NCBI RefSeq assembly: GCF_009914755.1
Contig: NC_060947.1
Length of the DNA: 64,000 nucleotides
Direction: 5' to 3' (one strand)
Source: the human T2T-CHM13v2.0 reference genome, Homo sapiens
Shown: positions 1 to 13,773 of the stretch, one piece after another
Position numbering within the stretch: the first letter of the stretch is position 1
Layout: every line of letters begins with the position of its first letter
The notes under the pieces: model-generated
Told to the model about the DNA's origin: nothing
Database searches by the model: none
Seen by the model: only the letters and a program-made list of their open reading frames with translations
Made by a program: the position numbers and the translations under genes

Positions 1-421
1 CCTTTTCCCCCAAGGAATCCCTGGGCAGATAGAAGAGACAGAAATCTGACCTCTGCTTAGTCTGGGGGTATAGACTGAAGGAACCTACTCAAAGGAGAAA
101 TTTTTCTCATTTTTCTTTACTTCACGATTCATATATGCAGGCATTCATTCTTTCATTCATGTATCTCACAGACATAACGAGGTCCTAATTAAGTGCCAGG
201 CATTGTTTTACATGAGACCACAAGAGGCCCTACCCTCTTGCAGCTTACATTCTTGTACAGAATAGACATCATACGAATAAGCAACATAAATCATCAAGAT
301 AATTTCTGACCGTGGTAAGGGCTATGACCGAAATCAAACAGGGTAGTCAGTTACAGAGTGCATATACCTCTCTGTGCCTCAGTTGACTCATCTGTAAAAT
401 GGAGATAATAATAGAGGTCTA

Positions 422-781
<360 letters not shown>

Positions 782-844
782 TCAGTTGATTGCAAACATA
801 ATATGATCTGAATGCATTTGGAGGTAGATCTTGACCTGAACTGA

Positions 845-1089
845 AGTTATTTATTCTTTTTAATAAATAAATGAGTTATTTATTCTTTTTAATAAATAAA
901 TGAGTCATTTATTCTTTTTAATAAATGAGTTATTCTTTTTAATAAATAATAAACTGAGTTATTTATTCTTTTTAATAAATAATAAATAACTGAGTTATTT
1001 ATTCTTTTTAATAAATAATAAATGAGTTATTTATTCTTTTTAATAAATAATAAATAACTGAGTTATTTATTCTTTTTTTTTTAATAATT
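845..1089. repeat. AT-rich minisatellite, 8 units of 25-36 bp, core GAGTTATTTATTCTTTTTAATAAATAA
   Basis: Units start at about 845, 873, 902, 927, 956, 992, 1024 and 1060. Confidence 0.95.
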
Positions 1090-3011
1090 CCACTTAGAGT
1101 GGACAATCCTATATGTCACTGCGGAAATTTTGTGTGTTTGATTATGGAATGCTGCCCCAGGCCTCAATAGTTATTACATAATTTAGGGTACATGTAGCGT
1201 ATTACCTTCTAAAATTTGAAAAATTCCGAATTCCAAAACACATGTAGCACCAAAGGTTTCGGATAAGGGATTGAAGACCTGTAGTATCCATTATTGTGAG
1301 GATTAAATGAATGAATATATGGAAAACACTTAAAATGATGCCTGGCATGTGGTAAGTGCTACGTAAGTTAACTACTATTACTATTATTATCACTATTCTT
1401 ACATGAGAAGATATTTAGATAAGTTGGTCAGGGAAAGCCTCTCTGAGGATGTGTCACTTGAATAGGCAACTAAGGGGTGGTAATGACCGGGCTGTGGGAA
1501 GAGGAGGAGAAAGATGATTTCAGGAATAGGAAACAGCAAGTGCCAAGACTGTGGTGGTTACAAGGCTGGCTTGAATGCAGAACAGAAAACAGACCAGATG
1601 GCTGATATGTGGTAAAGGAGGGGAAAGATGGCTCAAGGTCAGAGAGGTAGGCTGAAGTCAGAACACCCTTGATATAAGCAATGGTAGAGACTTTGGATTT
1701 CATTTAAAGTGTAATAGGAAGACATTATAGTTGATCTGATTCAGGTTTATAAAGAACGCTCTGATGCTGTTGGATGAATGAATTATAGAGGAGAAGGGGG
1801 AGCAGGGAGAGCAATTTGGAGTCTAGCATAGTGGTCCAGATGAGACCTAATGACTAATTGGAGTTGGGAGGTGGTAATAGTCAAAGAGAAAAGTGGACAG
1901 GTGCGAGAAAAAAGTTTAGAAATAAGTGGGGGGCGGGGGAGGTTTTCTGATTAATTTGCATTCTAATTTATAATATGTCACTGTGTAGAGGCTAAAAATT
2001 TCACAGTCATTGTCTCAGGTGTGTTAAGGCCAGTGGCGTGCTGGACCCCACTTGAAATTGGCCATGGAGGGAATATTTACACTATAGAAATTGACAAATG
2101 CTACAAATCAAGACAACAAATCAGGCAAAGCTTCTTGTTAAACATTTACCATCACACCACTGGTGAAGGTGACTTGATTTTTCCACAACTAAACTTCCTT
2201 CATTTCACAGCCTCCATTTTCCCTGATCACGAAAACACTTAAACTAGGCACATCCTCGGAAACGCAGTATGAGGACTGCTGTGTCAATCACTTCATGTTT
2301 TTAACTCAATTCAGCGATCCTCCCACTTCTTCCCAGGCTCTCATTTAGGTACATGGGAATGGGATGGGAAGAGGGACCTGGTTCATGATTGTCATTTACC
2401 CACCTTGGCCCCCTCTGAAGTACAACTCCACTCTCTGCTTTACAATATCACTCTGGGCAGCATTACCAATTGCCTCCTGATAGTGGGATCTATGAACCCA
2501 TTATGTCTTTGGACAAAAGCATAGCCAGGGGTTGGGTCCAGGGCCTGGGATCCTATAACCGTACAAATCCTATTATCAGGGACTATAAAATCCTATTATC
2601 AGGGACCATAGCCATCCCTCTATCTTGACTCAACTCCTCCTCCCTGAGTAGTGAACATTTTTCCTAAATCTCTGAGAAAGACTGGTGCTCTAGAAAGATG
2701 TACCATATTTATTTAAGGGCTTCCTGTACCCACTGGCATATTGCCATATATTCTGAGGTATCTGAGTGCTCCTTTTGAGAAACATAGCCTTAAAGGATAA
2801 GTAGAAATCTGGTGGGTGAAAATGGTAGGGAAGAGGACTTCTAACGGAGGGACTTGCAAGTCAGGGAACTTGGGTTTATCGACTAGTGAGGCTAGTAGAG
2901 GAATTCAATCAGGTAAGCCGGACAAGTAGACAGGGTACAAATTATGGAAGACTTTGGATGCCATGATAAAAAGCTTCAGCTCATACTGTAAAAAATAAAA
3001 TAAAATAAGAA

Positions 3012-3087
3012 GGTTGGGTGCAGTGGCTCATGACTGTAATTTCAGCACTTTGGGAGGCTGAGGTGGGACGATCGCTTGAGCCTGGGA
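3012..3087 (+). mobile_element. Alu left-arm fragment
   Basis: GGTTGGGTGCAGTGGCTCATGACTGTAAT..GATCGCTTGAGCCTGGGA, then non-Alu sequence. Confidence 0.85.
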
Positions 3088-3375
3088 AACAATTTCAAGG
3101 AGTTCACAGCAAGAAACTGACTGATTAAGGTTTGGGAAGCTTGATAGATAGGGTAGACTGGGAAAGTGAGAGAGGAGGCTTTGGAGTGGACCAAGGATAG
3201 AGGGATCTCAGCTGATATTATGTCAGCTAAAACCTCAAAGCAAGGAGGATGTTAAGAACAATGAAGGAGGTCAGCTGGACTCTCAATGTTTTTAACGATA
3301 GGGAGGAAAAGATAGGGGGGTGACAAGAAGAAGAGACAATTTTGTACCTCTAACTCCAACAAACTTTAGACCTGA

Positions 3376-3755
<380 letters not shown>

Positions 3756-4988
3756 GGAAGTAGGCATTTGGTTTCTTAGATAACAACATGATTGGTTGAT
3801 TCAGTCACTTGGGAAGATAAAAGCATTAACTGAGCTAGATCCCTATGGTAGAGACACAGGCTGGACCACTCCATGCGTAAGTACTAAACTAAAACCAGTG
3901 TTCTGGAGTAGACATTGCTAGAAATCCTGAAACTTGAGAGCCAGTCCACGGTTAAAGCATTCTGTAAGGCAGAGCCAGTGGAAGGTAATAAGGTGATTTT
4001 TAAAGCTCTTCTGCACTTCCCATATTCCCTTTTAGGGCCTTTCTCCCTAGGGTCCCAGTGTCTGTCATGCTAAACCTAGATGCACAACAATCATCTTTAT
4101 GGGTAGTTTCCCATATGTCCCAGTTTGCCTGACAGACTCTTGGTTTATGCCTATAGTCTTGGTGTAATTATTACCAGCCCCACTTCATTCTTGTAAGTAT
4201 ACTAATGGATCAGTTATACGGTTCCTCTGATTATGTATCACCCAGGCAGTGCCCTGACTCTACTACTATCTCCTCTCCAAATTTATGTAATGTAAACCCA
4301 ATGTGTAGGGAAAATGCTCATCCTAAAATCTCCTTGGAGGGGATAATTTGCAAGATTCTTTGCAAAAACAATCCAAGACAAGAGCCAGATTATGGAATGT
4401 CAGTGCCAGAATGGCAGGAATGTATGTTTTCTAATCAAATGCCACTTACTACTGGGTAACCTTGGGCTAATCAGTTAATATTGCTGAGCGATGTCTTCAT
4501 TTGTAAAACGGGAATCTTAGAATATTCTGAGACTCAAATACTATGAAAGACTCATGTAATGTGTACCAGGGCAGGTTTAGCAGGCCGACATAAATTGCAC
4601 TAAAGTCTTCATGTGTTATTTTTCATGGGTGTATCCATATTCTAACATTTCTTCACCCTCCAAATTTCAGACTTTGGCAGTGAATCTATGGCTCTGCAAT
4701 TTTAGTGTTCCATGTAACAACGAATAGGAAAATGCTGCTTCTACCCTCTCGAAAGCTATTTTGCTAAAGAGCTAAGATGCTAAAAGCTAAATATGTAACT
4801 AAATAGTTGCAAATCTCAGTAACTGACAAATACAGTCATGGGGTTGGGGATGCTGTTTAGACAGCTGAAAATAAGACCTGAATTGTTTATTTTTAAAATG
4901 TTGCAAAAGAGAGGCAGCAAATGGGAATTTTTAATTCTGATTCTTGGTATGTTTTAGAACAATGATTTGTTCTTTCTTATACTTTCAG

Positions 4989-7900
4989 GTGTTTCCAATG
5001 TGGACACTGAAGAGACAAATTCTTATCCTTTTTAACATAATCCTAATTTCCAAACTCCTTGGGGCTAGATGGTTTCCTAAAACTCTGCCCTGTGATGTCA
5101 CTCTGGATGTTCCAAAGAACCATGTGATCGTGGACTGCACAGACAAGCATTTGACAGAAATTCCTGGAGGTATTCCCACGAACACCACGAACCTCACCCT
5201 CACCATTAACCACATACCAGACATCTCCCCAGCGTCCTTTCACAGACTGGACCATCTGGTAGAGATCGATTTCAGATGCAACTGTGTACCTATTCCACTG
5301 GGGTCAAAAAACAACATGTGCATCAAGAGGCTGCAGATTAAACCCAGAAGCTTTAGTGGACTCACTTATTTAAAATCCCTTTACCTGGATGGAAACCAGC
5401 TACTAGAGATACCGCAGGGCCTCCCGCCTAGCTTACAGCTTCTCAGCCTTGAGGCCAACAACATCTTTTCCATCAGAAAAGAGAATCTAACAGAACTGGC
5501 CAACATAGAAATACTCTACCTGGGCCAAAACTGTTATTATCGAAATCCTTGTTATGTTTCATATTCAATAGAGAAAGATGCCTTCCTAAACTTGACAAAG
5601 TTAAAAGTGCTCTCCCTGAAAGATAACAATGTCACAGCCGTCCCTACTGTTTTGCCATCTACTTTAACAGAACTATATCTCTACAACAACATGATTGCAA
5701 AAATCCAAGAAGATGATTTTAATAACCTCAACCAATTACAAATTCTTGACCTAAGTGGAAATTGCCCTCGTTGTTATAATGCCCCATTTCCTTGTGCGCC
5801 GTGTAAAAATAATTCTCCCCTACAGATCCCTGTAAATGCTTTTGATGCGCTGACAGAATTAAAAGTTTTACGTCTACACAGTAACTCTCTTCAGCATGTG
5901 CCCCCAAGATGGTTTAAGAACATCAACAAACTCCAGGAACTGGATCTGTCCCAAAACTTCTTGGCCAAAGAAATTGGGGATGCTAAATTTCTGCATTTTC
6001 TCCCCAGCCTCATCCAATTGGATCTGTCTTTCAATTTTGAACTTCAGGTCTATCGTGCATCTATGAATCTATCACAAGCATTTTCTTCACTGAAAAGCCT
6101 GAAAATTCTGCGGATCAGAGGATATGTCTTTAAAGAGTTGAAAAGCTTTAACCTCTCGCCATTACATAATCTTCAAAATCTTGAAGTTCTTGATCTTGGC
6201 ACTAACTTTATAAAAATTGCTAACCTCAGCATGTTTAAACAATTTAAAAGACTGAAAGTCATAGATCTTTCAGTGAATAAAATATCACCTTCAGGAGATT
6301 CAAGTGAAGTTGGCTTCTGCTCAAATGCCAGAACTTCTGTAGAAAGTTATGAACCCCAGGTCCTGGAACAATTACATTATTTCAGATATGATAAGTATGC
6401 AAGGAGTTGCAGATTCAAAAACAAAGAGGCTTCTTTCATGTCTGTTAATGAAAGCTGCTACAAGTATGGGCAGACCTTGGATCTAAGTAAAAATAGTATA
6501 TTTTTTGTCAAGTCCTCTGATTTTCAGCATCTTTCTTTCCTCAAATGCCTGAATCTGTCAGGAAATCTCATTAGCCAAACTCTTAATGGCAGTGAATTCC
6601 AACCTTTAGCAGAGCTGAGATATTTGGACTTCTCCAACAACCGGCTTGATTTACTCCATTCAACAGCATTTGAAGAGCTTCACAAACTGGAAGTTCTGGA
6701 TATAAGCAGTAATAGCCATTATTTTCAATCAGAAGGAATTACTCATATGCTAAACTTTACCAAGAACCTAAAGGTTCTGCAGAAACTGATGATGAACGAC
6801 AATGACATCTCTTCCTCCACCAGCAGGACCATGGAGAGTGAGTCTCTTAGAACTCTGGAATTCAGAGGAAATCACTTAGATGTTTTATGGAGAGAAGGTG
6901 ATAACAGATACTTACAATTATTCAAGAATCTGCTAAAATTAGAGGAATTAGACATCTCTAAAAATTCCCTAAGTTTCTTGCCTTCTGGAGTTTTTGATGG
7001 TATGCCTCCAAATCTAAAGAATCTCTCTTTGGCCAAAAATGGGCTCAAATCTTTCAGTTGGAAGAAACTCCAGTGTCTAAAGAACCTGGAAACTTTGGAC
7101 CTCAGCCACAACCAACTGACCACTGTCCCTGAGAGATTATCCAACTGTTCCAGAAGCCTCAAGAATCTGATTCTTAAGAATAATCAAATCAGGAGTCTGA
7201 CGAAGTATTTTCTACAAGATGCCTTCCAGTTGCGATATCTGGATCTCAGCTCAAATAAAATCCAGATGATCCAAAAGACCAGCTTCCCAGAAAATGTCCT
7301 CAACAATCTGAAGATGTTGCTTTTGCATCATAATCGGTTTCTGTGCACCTGTGATGCTGTGTGGTTTGTCTGGTGGGTTAACCATACGGAGGTGACTATT
7401 CCTTACCTGGCCACAGATGTGACTTGTGTGGGGCCAGGAGCACACAAGGGCCAAAGTGTGATCTCCCTGGATCTGTACACCTGTGAGTTAGATCTGACTA
7501 ACCTGATTCTGTTCTCACTTTCCATATCTGTATCTCTCTTTCTCATGGTGATGATGACAGCAAGTCACCTCTATTTCTGGGATGTGTGGTATATTTACCA
7601 TTTCTGTAAGGCCAAGATAAAGGGGTATCAGCGTCTAATATCACCAGACTGTTGCTATGATGCTTTTATTGTGTATGACACTAAAGACCCAGCTGTGACC
7701 GAGTGGGTTTTGGCTGAGCTGGTGGCCAAACTGGAAGACCCAAGAGAGAAACATTTTAATTTATGTCTCGAGGAAAGGGACTGGTTACCAGGGCAGCCAG
7801 TTCTGGAAAACCTTTCCCAGAGCATACAGCTTAGCAAAAAGACAGTGTTTGTGATGACAGACAAGTATGCAAAGACTGAAAATTTTAAGATAGCATTTTA

Positions 7901-8135
7901 CTTGTCCCATCAGAGGCTCATGGATGAAAAAGTTGATGTGATTATCTTGATATTTCTTGAGAAGCCCTTTCAGAAGTCCAAGTTCCTCCAGCTCCGGAAA
8001 AGGCTCTGTGGGAGTTCTGTCCTTGAGTGGCCAACAAACCCGCAAGCTCACCCATACTTCTGGCAGTGTCTAAAGAACGCCCTGGCCACAGACAATCATG
8101 TGGCCTATAGTCAGGTGTTCAAGGAAACGGTCTAG
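4989..8135 (+). CDS. TLR7: Toll-like receptor 7, terminal coding exon (codons 2-1049; the initiator ATG lies in an upstream exon outside the window)
   Basis: Acceptor TTCTTTCTTATACTTTCAG|GTG at 4988/4989. Reads VFPMWTLKRQIL..., with signal peptide, LRR ectodomain and Z-loop, LRRCT (FLCTCD), TM helix and TIR domain (YDAFIVYD, RDWLPG). TAG at 8133-8135. 3147 nt plus the upstream ATG gives 1049 aa. Confidence 0.99.
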   Translation: MFPMWTLKRQILILFNIILISKLLGARWFPKTLPCDVTLDVPKNHVIVDCTDKHLTEIPGGIPTNTTNLTLTINHIPDISPASFHRLDHLVEIDFRCNCVPIPLGSKNNMCIKRLQIKPRSFSGLTYLKSLYLDGNQLLEIPQGLPPSLQLLSLEANNIFSIRKENLTELANIEILYLGQNCYYRNPCYVSYSIEKDAFLNLTKLKVLSLKDNNVTAVPTVLPSTLTELYLYNNMIAKIQEDDFNNLNQLQILDLSGNCPRCYNAPFPCAPCKNNSPLQIPVNAFDALTELKVLRLHSNSLQHVPPRWFKNINKLQELDLSQNFLAKEIGDAKFLHFLPSLIQLDLSFNFELQVYRASMNLSQAFSSLKSLKILRIRGYVFKELKSFNLSPLHNLQNLEVLDLGTNFIKIANLSMFKQFKRLKVIDLSVNKISPSGDSSEVGFCSNARTSVESYEPQVLEQLHYFRYDKYARSCRFKNKEASFMSVNESCYKYGQTLDLSKNSIFFVKSSDFQHLSFLKCLNLSGNLISQTLNGSEFQPLAELRYLDFSNNRLDLLHSTAFEELHKLEVLDISSNSHYFQSEGITHMLNFTKNLKVLQKLMMNDNDISSSTSRTMESESLRTLEFRGNHLDVLWREGDNRYLQLFKNLLKLEELDISKNSLSFLPSGVFDGMPPNLKNLSLAKNGLKSFSWKKLQCLKNLETLDLSHNQLTTVPERLSNCSRSLKNLILKNNQIRSLTKYFLQDAFQLRYLDLSSNKIQMIQKTSFPENVLNNLKMLLLHHNRFLCTCDAVWFVWWVNHTEVTIPYLATDVTCVGPGAHKGQSVISLDLYTCELDLTNLILFSLSISVSLFLMVMMTASHLYFWDVWYIYHFCKAKIKGYQRLISPDCCYDAFIVYDTKDPAVTEWVLAELVAKLEDPREKHFNLCLEERDWLPGQPVLENLSQSIQLSKKTVFVMTDKYAKTENFKIAFYLSHQRLMDEKVDVIILIFLEKPFQKSKFLQLRKRLCGSSVLEWPTNPQAHPYFWQCLKNALATDNHVAYSQVFKETV

Positions 8136-8594
8136 CCCTTCTTTGCAAAACACAACTGCCTAGTTTACCAAGGAGAGGCCTGGCTGTTTAAATTGTTTTC
8201 ATATATATCACACCAAAAGCGTGTTTTGAAATTCTTCAAGAAATGAGATTGCCCATATTTCAGGGGAGCCACCAACGTCTGTCACAGGAGTTGGAAAGAT
8301 GGGGTTTATATAATGCATCAAGTCTTCTTTCTTATCTCTCTGTGTCTCTATTTGCACTTGAGTCTCTCACCTCAGCTCCTGTAAAAGAGTGGCAAGTAAA
8401 AAACATGGGGCTCTGATTCTCCTGTAATTGTGATAATTAAATATACACACAATCATGACATTGAGAAGAACTGCATTTCTACCCTTAAAAAGTACTGGTA
8501 TATACAGAAATAGGGTTAAAAAAAACTCAAGCTCTCTCTATATGAGACCAAAATGTACTAGAGTTAGTTTAGTGAAATAAAAAACCAGTCAGCT

Positions 8595-8903
<309 letters not shown>

Positions 8904-9800
8904 CTCAGTCAGCTTCTTAACCAATTGCTTCCGTGTCATCCAGGGCCCCATTCTGTGCAGATTGAGTGTGGGCACCACACAGGTGGTTGCTGCTTCAGTG
9001 CTTCCTGCTCTTTTTCCTTGGGCCTGCTTCTGGGTTCCATAGGGAAACAGTAAGAAAGAAAGACACATCCTTACCATAAATGCATATGGTCCACCTACAA
9101 ATAGAAAAATATTTAAATGATCTGCCTTTATACAAAGTGATATTCTCTACCTTTGATAATTTACCTGCTTAAATGTTTTTATCTGCACTGCAAAGTACTG
9201 TATCCAAAGTAAAATTTCCTCATCCAATATCTTTCAAACTGTTTTGTTAACTAATGCCATATATTTGTAAGTATCTGCACACTTGATACAGCAACGTTAG
9301 ATGGTTTTGATGGTAAACCCTAAAGGAGGACTCCAAGAGTGTGTATTTATTTATAGTTTTATCAGAGATGACAATTATTTGAATGCCAATTATATGGATT
9401 CCTTTCATTTTTTGCTGGAGGATGGGAGAAGAAACCAAAGTTTATAGACCTTCACATTGAGAAAGCTTCAGTTTTGAACTTCAGCTATCAGATTCAAAAA
9501 CAACAGAAAGAACCAAGACATTCTTAAGATGCCTGTACTTTCAGCTGGGTATAAATTCATGAGTTCAAAGATTGAAACCTGACCAATTTGCTTTATTTCA
9601 TGGAAGAAGTGATCTACAAAGGTGTTTGTGCCATTTGGAAAACAGCGTGCATGTGTTCAAGCCTTAGATTGGCGATGTCGTATTTTCCTCACGTGTGGCA
9701 ATGCCAAAGGCTTTACTTTACCTGTGAGTACACACTATATGAATTATTTCCAACGTACATTTAATCAATAAGGGTCACAAATTCCCAAATCAATCTCTGG

Positions 9801-9806
9801 AATAAA
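9801..9806 (+). terminator. TLR7: TLR7 distal polyadenylation signal
   Basis: AATAAA with TTTATTGTGTTT downstream. Confidence 0.75.
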
Positions 9807-11203
9807 TAGAGAGGTAATTAAATTGCTGGAGCCAACTATTTCACAACTTCTGTAAGCTTTATTGTGTTTCATAGTTTCCGTTCTTCTTCTGTGAGAACAA
9901 GGATAATGGCATTAAAAAATCAGCTTTTGGTCATTATAAATTGTCTTCTATTAAAACACATATACACATAAAATCACTTGAAGACAATTTAAACATCTTC
10001 TGAAATGGATCAAGAGGAAGGGAAACTGAAAATAATGCAACTCAGAAACCACAGAGTATTTTGACATGAGGTTAAGCACCGTGGTTTGTTGTAGGAAAAT
10101 AACAGCACACCAACAGATGGTTTTTATCTGAATTCTTTGGTAATCTTGACATGTCATTCTTCTAACTTTCTGAGGGCCCTCAGTGCAGTTTTGTAGGACT
10201 GGAGCTGTTCACAGACGGTCCCCACAAAGCTCTGAACGTGGGGCTTCTCTGCTGACTGGCCTCTGGTTGGCTCCACCCCGGAAGGAACTCCCAGATTCTC
10301 CATGAATTCCGCTTCCACCATCAAGCCTTGGTCCAAGCCCCTTTCAACCTTGACTTGGCCAGGAAGTGTCCTTTCTCTTCAGATAGATACTACACCTTAG
10401 CAAGACTTGGCATTTTTAGAATCCAAGCCAAGGGAGGCACTTGGCAAGGCAAATGTTATGGATGAGAAAAAGGCAAAACAAGTGTCTGCAGTTTGTAGAG
10501 GAGAGAGAGGATGAGTCTGATTGTAGCCCTGACCCTGAGTCAGGATCTCTCGGCCCCATTTGCAGGTCTACTTCCAGCTCCATCTGTCTGGACACTCTTT
10601 TAGGTCCAGATCATCTCTTACATGTGGCCAAGGAATATAGAGTATGCAAGGGGATGTAGCGACCTGAGAGTGTGAGTAACTTGTGCCCATCTCCAAGGAA
10701 GCTGTGATGGGGATAGCAAGGACACACACTCTTCTTATTTATAATGCCTTTCCCCCTCCCATGAGATATGCTTTTTATTTACTTCCTCCTTCTCATCCTA
10801 AGTCGGGTGAACAAGAGGACCAGGTTGCACATCCTACTACTTATTTATGGCCCAATTTTAACATGGGGGTGGAGTTGAGGTTGGAATTGTTCCTCCGCCT
10901 CTGCTGCACATGCTCAGTAAGCAAGAACACTGTTGATGGGAAAGGCTTAGTCACAGACAGTGGGAGCACATCCCTCCTTGGAGCTTTGGGTCGCTGTGCT
11001 CCAGAAACAGTTAGTTATAGCACACCCTGCTCCTGGCATCTACTGGAAGGTGAAGCCCTTGACCCTAAGAAACATTGGGAATGATTTGTACCCTCCAAAG
11101 TCCAATAGCTATGTCGGAGGGAAACGATCAAAGAACATGATTGAGGAGACTCAAACAGAGATGTGCTTCAGACAACACCAAGACAGAAAATTAATCCATT
11201 TTA

Positions 11204-11622
<419 letters not shown>

Positions 11623-13745
11623 TCAGGTTTTTATTTTTTCTTCTTCTTCTTTCCCTCCTTTCTTCTTTTGCCTCCCCCTCCCTCTCAGTTTCCTTTTTGG
11701 CTCTAGACACCCACAGCAAGTGTCAAGCAATGTACAAGAATGAAAAGAAGACAGCCGTTGTTGCAGGTGGATGCTTCTGTTTGGAAGGTGTGGTTTTGTG
11801 TGCACTTTTGGTTGGAAACCTATGTCTCTCTCACACACATGTCCCCCACCTGCTTCAGTGAGCATGATCTTCTAAAATTGGCTCCGTGGAATCTTCCCTA
11901 GGTGACACTGGCTGGACTCTGACACATTCAAATTCATTCTTTCTACTTATCTCAACTTTCAAGCACTAATTCAGTCTTTAAGAGTCCCCTAATCTCAGGT
12001 TGTAATTCATTTCTAACATGTTTGTCATGACATCAGTGGTTGCATGTCTTCATATGTTTATCACTGCCCCCTCTTGGGAATTTATATTAATTAAACATTT
12101 TGGAAAAGCTCAGACTTAAAATGACTGAGAAGGTTCATGTTACAGTGTCTCACACTGAACACTCACTAAAAATAGTCTGGTAAAATCCAGAAGGAAATGG
12201 GAAGTCCTGGGGGCCTCATGGCAGTTTTCAGACTTCCCTAGAGCAAAGATGAGCCAGACAGCGGCTCCCACAAACAGAAAATGGCTCTCAATATTCTTCT
12301 GGCCAGTGGCAACTACTGAGGGTAAAACTAGACAGAGACGGCTAACTAGGAAGCCATATTGCTCTTGTATGACACATGGCTGCTTTACTTCTCACTGGCC
12401 AAGGCAAAACCATGAGGCATTGATTCCAGGGGATTTCATAACAGTGAATTGCATGAGTTGACTTGAGCAAAAGAAGTTTGTAGTAACATCTCCATGAACC
12501 ATATCTGAGGCCCATTATCCAGGGGGACCACACTGCTGAGAAGATTGCTTGGGCTGTTTTGGGAGCCAGAACTAGGTTGTTGTCCTGCTATCACCCTGGG
12601 ATGGTGGTTACATCCCTGCACCAGGTCCAGATGGAGGCCCACCAAACAGAACTTAGTAACAGGTGACATGCATTAAATAAAACAGTTTATAGCTCCCATC
12701 TCTCTTCTGGGCCTACTGTTCTCATGATTGATTTCTTTGCCTTTGGATTGAGGCATTGTAACTAAAATTCCCAGTTAATTTACAACGTTCCAAGGGTTGT
12801 TTCAACACATCACTCCTGTCCATTAACACATTGTGATGGATTAATTTGTGAGATGATCAACTCTCCAGAACAGGCCACCTAAGAAAACAGAACACAGGAA
12901 GCATGTTCTGAATGGAGAAGATGCATTTTAAAGTAATCCCAACTTTGGCTCCTGCTCATGAGGGCAGGCCCACAAAGGGAATGACAGGCAAGGAGGGAGT
13001 GAGGAGGATCTTAGGAAGAAGGGCTCAAGATGAAGTCACTGGTATCCCGACAATGTCATTCAGTAAGGGGTGGAGGGGAAGGAGGAAGGGAAGTCACATC
13101 TATTAAGCAGCAAATGCAAATTAAATGCTTCCTTTATTCCCTTGAATCTTCACATCACCTCTATGAGGCTAGTATTAGCAGCTCCATCTTAAAGATGATG
13201 GGTTAACTCAGAGATAAAGGTGAGATCAGAGAGGCAAAGTCAACTGCTCAATCTCTGGGACCCAGGAGTCCGCATCCCTGGAATACTTTTGAAGCAACTG
13301 GCTTGCAGAGCAGTTTGGGAAGCACCACATCTTCCTTTGTGACACCAGGGACTGTTATTACAGGGATCACTTTAGTAAGGAAAGCCCAGACCCCCAAGCT
13401 GTGCTCAATTTCCTTCCTTTTGTGTATAAACTTTGGTGCTCTCAACCTACTTCCCGGGAGTGGAGCTGCACTTAAACTCAAATTGCTTCCCGCTGGGCAC
13501 TGTTTTTGGACAGGTATAATTTAACTATATAGGACTGGCATTTCTGTTTAGGGCCCAAAGGTGAAGACAATTTGAACAAGAACACTAGGGCAGAATTAGA
13601 TAGACAGGGGCAGGTGGTTAATGGAATTGAAGTCTCGTAAGTCCTGATAGAGTTGCTGATTACATTTGTGGGTAAAAGGATGTCTTTACCGTAACTTCCA
13701 TAACATCTTACTGATAGACGCTGTGGTTCTACTTATGTGGCGCCA

Positions 13746-13760
13746 AGCGCCACCTAGTGG
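13746..13760 (-). promoter_or_regulatory. Candidate CTCF site
   Basis: Minus strand reads CCACTAGGTGGCGCT, a close match to the CTCF core CCASYAGRKGGCRC. Confidence 0.7.
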
Positions 13761-13763
13761 GGT

Positions 13764-13773
13764 GGGAAATCCC
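13764..13773. promoter_or_regulatory. Candidate NF-kB site
   Basis: GGGAAATCCC fits GGGRNNYYCC exactly. Confidence 0.45.

Noticed and set aside
845-1089. Resemblance of the palindromic repeat array to a CRISPR array
   Set aside because: No unique spacers, variable unit length, eukaryotic intron, no cas genes.
4944-4988. ORF-track N-terminal extension of TLR7 (1063 aa, MVCFRTMICSFLYFQ)
   Set aside because: Starts at a non-ATG codon in the intron and runs through the polypyrimidine tract; the real exon starts at 4989.
4985-8051. Antisense ORFs overlapping TLR7 (and 39045-40907 overlapping TLR8)
   Set aside because: Short shadow ORFs of the coding strand with no recognisable domains.
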